Shown here: piece after piece, positions 61,096 through 64,000 of the stretch | How positions within the stretch are numbered: the stretch's first letter is position 1 | Layout: each line of letters opens with the position of its first letter | NCBI GenBank assembly: GCA_950097015.1 | Contig: CATNEN010000039.1 | Coordinates: forward strand, 18,600,001-18,664,000 | Reading direction: 5' to 3' | DNA from: Macrostomum hystrix | Taxonomy: Eukaryota; Animalia; Platyhelminthes | DNA length: 64,000 nt | The notes under the pieces: generated by a model | What the model was told of the DNA's origin: nothing | Seen by the model: only the letters and a program-made list of their open reading frames with translations | The model's database searches: none | Made by a program: the position numbers and the translations under genes

Positions 61096-62593
61096 TCACA
61101 ATCTCATTCTGTATCTCACAATCTCATTCTGTATCTCACAATCTCATTCTGTATCTCACAATCTCATTCTGTATCTCACAATCTCATTCTGTATCTCACA
61201 ATCTCATTCTGTATCTCACAATCTCATTCTGTATCTCACAATCTCATTCTGTATCTCACAATCTCATTCTGTATCTCACAATTTCATTCTGTATCTACCA
61301 ATCTCATTCTGTATTTCACAATCTCATTCTGTATCTCACAATCTCATTCTGTATCTCACAATCTCATTCTGTATCTCACAATCTCATTCTGTATCTCACA
61401 ATCTCATTCTGTATCTCACAATCTCATTCTGTATCTCACAATCTCATTCTGTATCTCACAATCTCATTCTGTATCTCACAATTTCATTCTGTATCTACCA
61501 ATCTCATTCTGTATCTCACAATCTCATTCTGTATCTCACAATCTCATTCTGTATCTCACAATCTCATTCTGTATCTCACAATCTCATTCTGTATCTCACA
61601 ATCTCATTCTGTATCTCACAATCTCATTCTGTATCTCACAATCTCATTCTGTATCTCACAATCTCATTCTGTATCTCACAATCTCATTCTGTATCTCACA
61701 ATCTCATTCTGTATCTACCAATCTCATTCTGTATCTCACAATCTCATTCTGTATCTCACAATCTCATTCTGTATCTCACAATCTCATTCTGTATCTCACA
61801 ATCTCATTCTGTATCTACCAATCTCATTCTGTATCTCACAATCTCATTCTGTATCTCACAATTTCATTCTGTATCTCACAATCTCATTCTGTATCTCACA
61901 ATCTCATTCTGTATCTCACAATCTCATTCTGTATCTCACAATCTCATTCTGTATCTACCAATCTCATTCTGTATCTACCAATCTCATTCTGTATCTCACA
62001 ATCTCATTCTGTATCTACTAATCTCATTCTGTATCTACCAATCTCATTCTGTATCTCACAATCTCATTCTGTATCTACCAATCTCATTCTGTATCTACCA
62101 ATCTCATTCTGTATCTCACAATCTCATTCTGTATCTACCAATCTCATTCTGTATCTACCAATCTCATTCTGTATCTCACAATTTCATTCTGTATCTACCA
62201 ATCTCATTCTGTATCTCACAATCTCATTCTGTATCTCACAATCTCATTCTGTATCTCACAATCTCATTCTGTATCTCACAATTTCATTCTGTATCTACCA
62301 ATCTCATTCTGTATCTCACAATCTCATTCTGTATCTCACAATTTCATTCTGTATCTCACAATCTCATTCTGTATCTACTAATCTCATTTTGTAGCTACTA
62401 ATCTCATTCTGCATCTACTAATCTCATTCTGCATCTACTAATCTCATTCTGCATCTACTAATCTCATTCTGTATCTCAAAATCTCATGACGGTAACTCAC
62501 AATCTTATTCTGCATCTACTAATCTCATTCTGCATCTACTAATCTCATTCTGTATCTCAAAATCTCATGGCGGTAACTCACAATCTCATTCTG
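61096..62593. repeat. Tandem satellite, 20-bp monomer CACAATCTCATTCTGTATCT, ~75 units
   Basis: Directly visible; degenerates at the 3' end. Confidence 0.97.
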
Positions 62594-62727
62594 TAGAGGA
62601 TACAAATATAATTTGAAAATACAATATACCAACTATAGTCTTTCTACTTTTAAAGGAAGACAAACAAAACGGTGTCTTAACAAACTAGGAAATAAGTTGG
62701 TGAGTAGTTGTCTTCACGGATTATCAC

Positions 62728-63177
62728 CAAGGACCACTAGAAGAAGAATGACGGAACACTTCGTTTCTTGGAAAATTTATCACAGATTGATTTTAATGGA
62801 AATATGCACTAGCGAGATGCACGTTTTTCGCATTAAAATGCTGATAACTTTTTTTGGAAGCAAATCAAAAGCTGTTATTTTAACAAATCTGGCAAAACAG
62901 ATTGCTTCACCGAATTTTTGATAGATTCATTTGATCTTAATTTTGTTTTTACTTATAATAGCACTACAGATAGTCAAAACTTATATCTCGTGACTAACTC
63001 TATTTTACACTCACTTCGATCGATTGGTTTCAATTCTTCATAAATTAATCTATCTTAAATTCGGTGAATCAACATGTTGCAAGATAAACTAAATAGAAAT
63101 CTCGCTAGTGAAAATCTGCCTTTAATAAATTTTCCAAGAAACGAAGTTTCCCATCCTTCTTCTTCTAGTGGTCCTTG
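62728..63177. mobile_element. MITE with long (~55-bp) imperfect TIRs, CAAGG ends (P-element-like)
   Basis: CAAGGACCACTAGAAGAAGAA..ACTTCGTTTCTTGGAAAATTTAT / ATAAATTTTCCAAGAAACGAAGT..TTCTTCTTCTAGTGGTCCTTG. 8-bp TSD ATTATCAC (62720-62727) / ATTATCCC (63178-63185). Confidence 0.82.
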
Positions 63178-63855
63178 ATTATCCCCCGTAGTTTGGTTGG
63201 CTTTCAGTTGTGTTTTACATTTTTGCTACAATAACAAAATGACAAAAAGTGCAATGAAGACAAATGCAATCAAAAAGCTAATCACCAGGGATCAAGGAAC
63301 AAGGGCATAAATAAAAAAAATATTTAACTTCTAGAATGACAAGGAGATGGTCATAAAAACCTGTCTGTAACAGGACTTTGTCGCGCTACCGCACAGTCTG
63401 TTAGTTTTATGATATAGTTTAGAGCCCAAACCTATATAACATGTTTCTTAATTTCGTGAGAAGCTGGAGAACAAAAGACATTTCTACTTGTGCAAGTGGA
63501 CCGGGGGCTGGAATCTTCAATTAAGAATAAGTGACTCATGATGAGTTTAGCAGTCGTGTGTGCGCTTTCTGGTCATAAAATTTGAACCCAGCTGGCATTT
63601 GAACACTTGTAGACAAAGAGTAAAAAAACGCTAGCAAACAATAAAATAACAATTTTTGCTTCCATCCGGAAGGATTTAGAAATAAAAATTAGAAATGAAT
63701 TTAGCAGTACTTTTTTCTACAACTTTTTCAAATTATATTTGTCTGGCCCGGATTCACATCCGCCTAACCCATGTCTATATAAGATAGCGACGCTGCTAAA
63801 AACTACGGATAAAGTCTTCGAGCACTTGCCACGAACTCAAATTATAAATTTAACA

Positions 63856-64000
63856 ATGATCAGCCTACTAGCCCTGCTAGCGTTATCATCCACCCTGGCA
63901 ACCAACAGCGACCTGCGCCAAACAATCCGCCAGGCCTGTCCACACTTTGCCGAATCCTTCTCGACTGGATACGCCTTAGCCTGGCCGCTGCCAACCGACA
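63856..64000 (+). CDS. 5' end of a putative secreted protein (runs off window)
   Basis: ACAATG then MISLLALLALSSTLATNSDLRQTIRQACPHFAESFSTGYALAWPLPT..; signal-peptide-like start, GC shift, open to the window end. Confidence 0.55.
   Translation, partial: MISLLALLALSSTLATNSDLRQTIRQACPHFAESFSTGYALAWPLPTD

Noticed and set aside
61026-62394. ORFs with SQSHSVSHNLILYLTI repeats
   Set aside because: Translation of a 20-bp satellite.

Overview
Eukaryotic (invertebrate metazoan) genomic DNA with GT-AG introns. The repeat and gene style suggests a free-living flatworm such as Macrostomum, which is inference only. Five complete genes can be built by hand with frame-consistent splice sites: a sacsin-like protein with two GHKL/sacsin repeats and a C-terminal HEPN domain (minus, ~2957 aa), an intronless LRR type-I membrane protein (minus), an 8-exon secreted C-type-lectin-like/sushi-like/mucin protein (minus), a 6-exon alpha-arrestin (plus) and a 2-exon DEG/ENaC channel with non-canonical pore motifs (plus). 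A signal-peptide ORF runs off the right edge. About 13 kb (~20%) is five different 16-22-bp tandem satellites, and the long 'ORFs' over them are artefacts. Mobile DNA includes about nine copies of a highly structured tRNA-derived SINE, a second SINE-like family, a deleted hAT element, three MITEs with TIRs/TSDs, and Tc1/mariner and LINE remnants. The best leads are the J-domain-less sacsin-HEPN gene next to LRR and lectin genes, a 16-bp satellite apparently seeded by a dispersed mobile element, an HDV-ribozyme-like motif in the SINE tail, and the altered DEG/ENaC pore. No CRISPR, rRNA or intact tRNA gene is supported.
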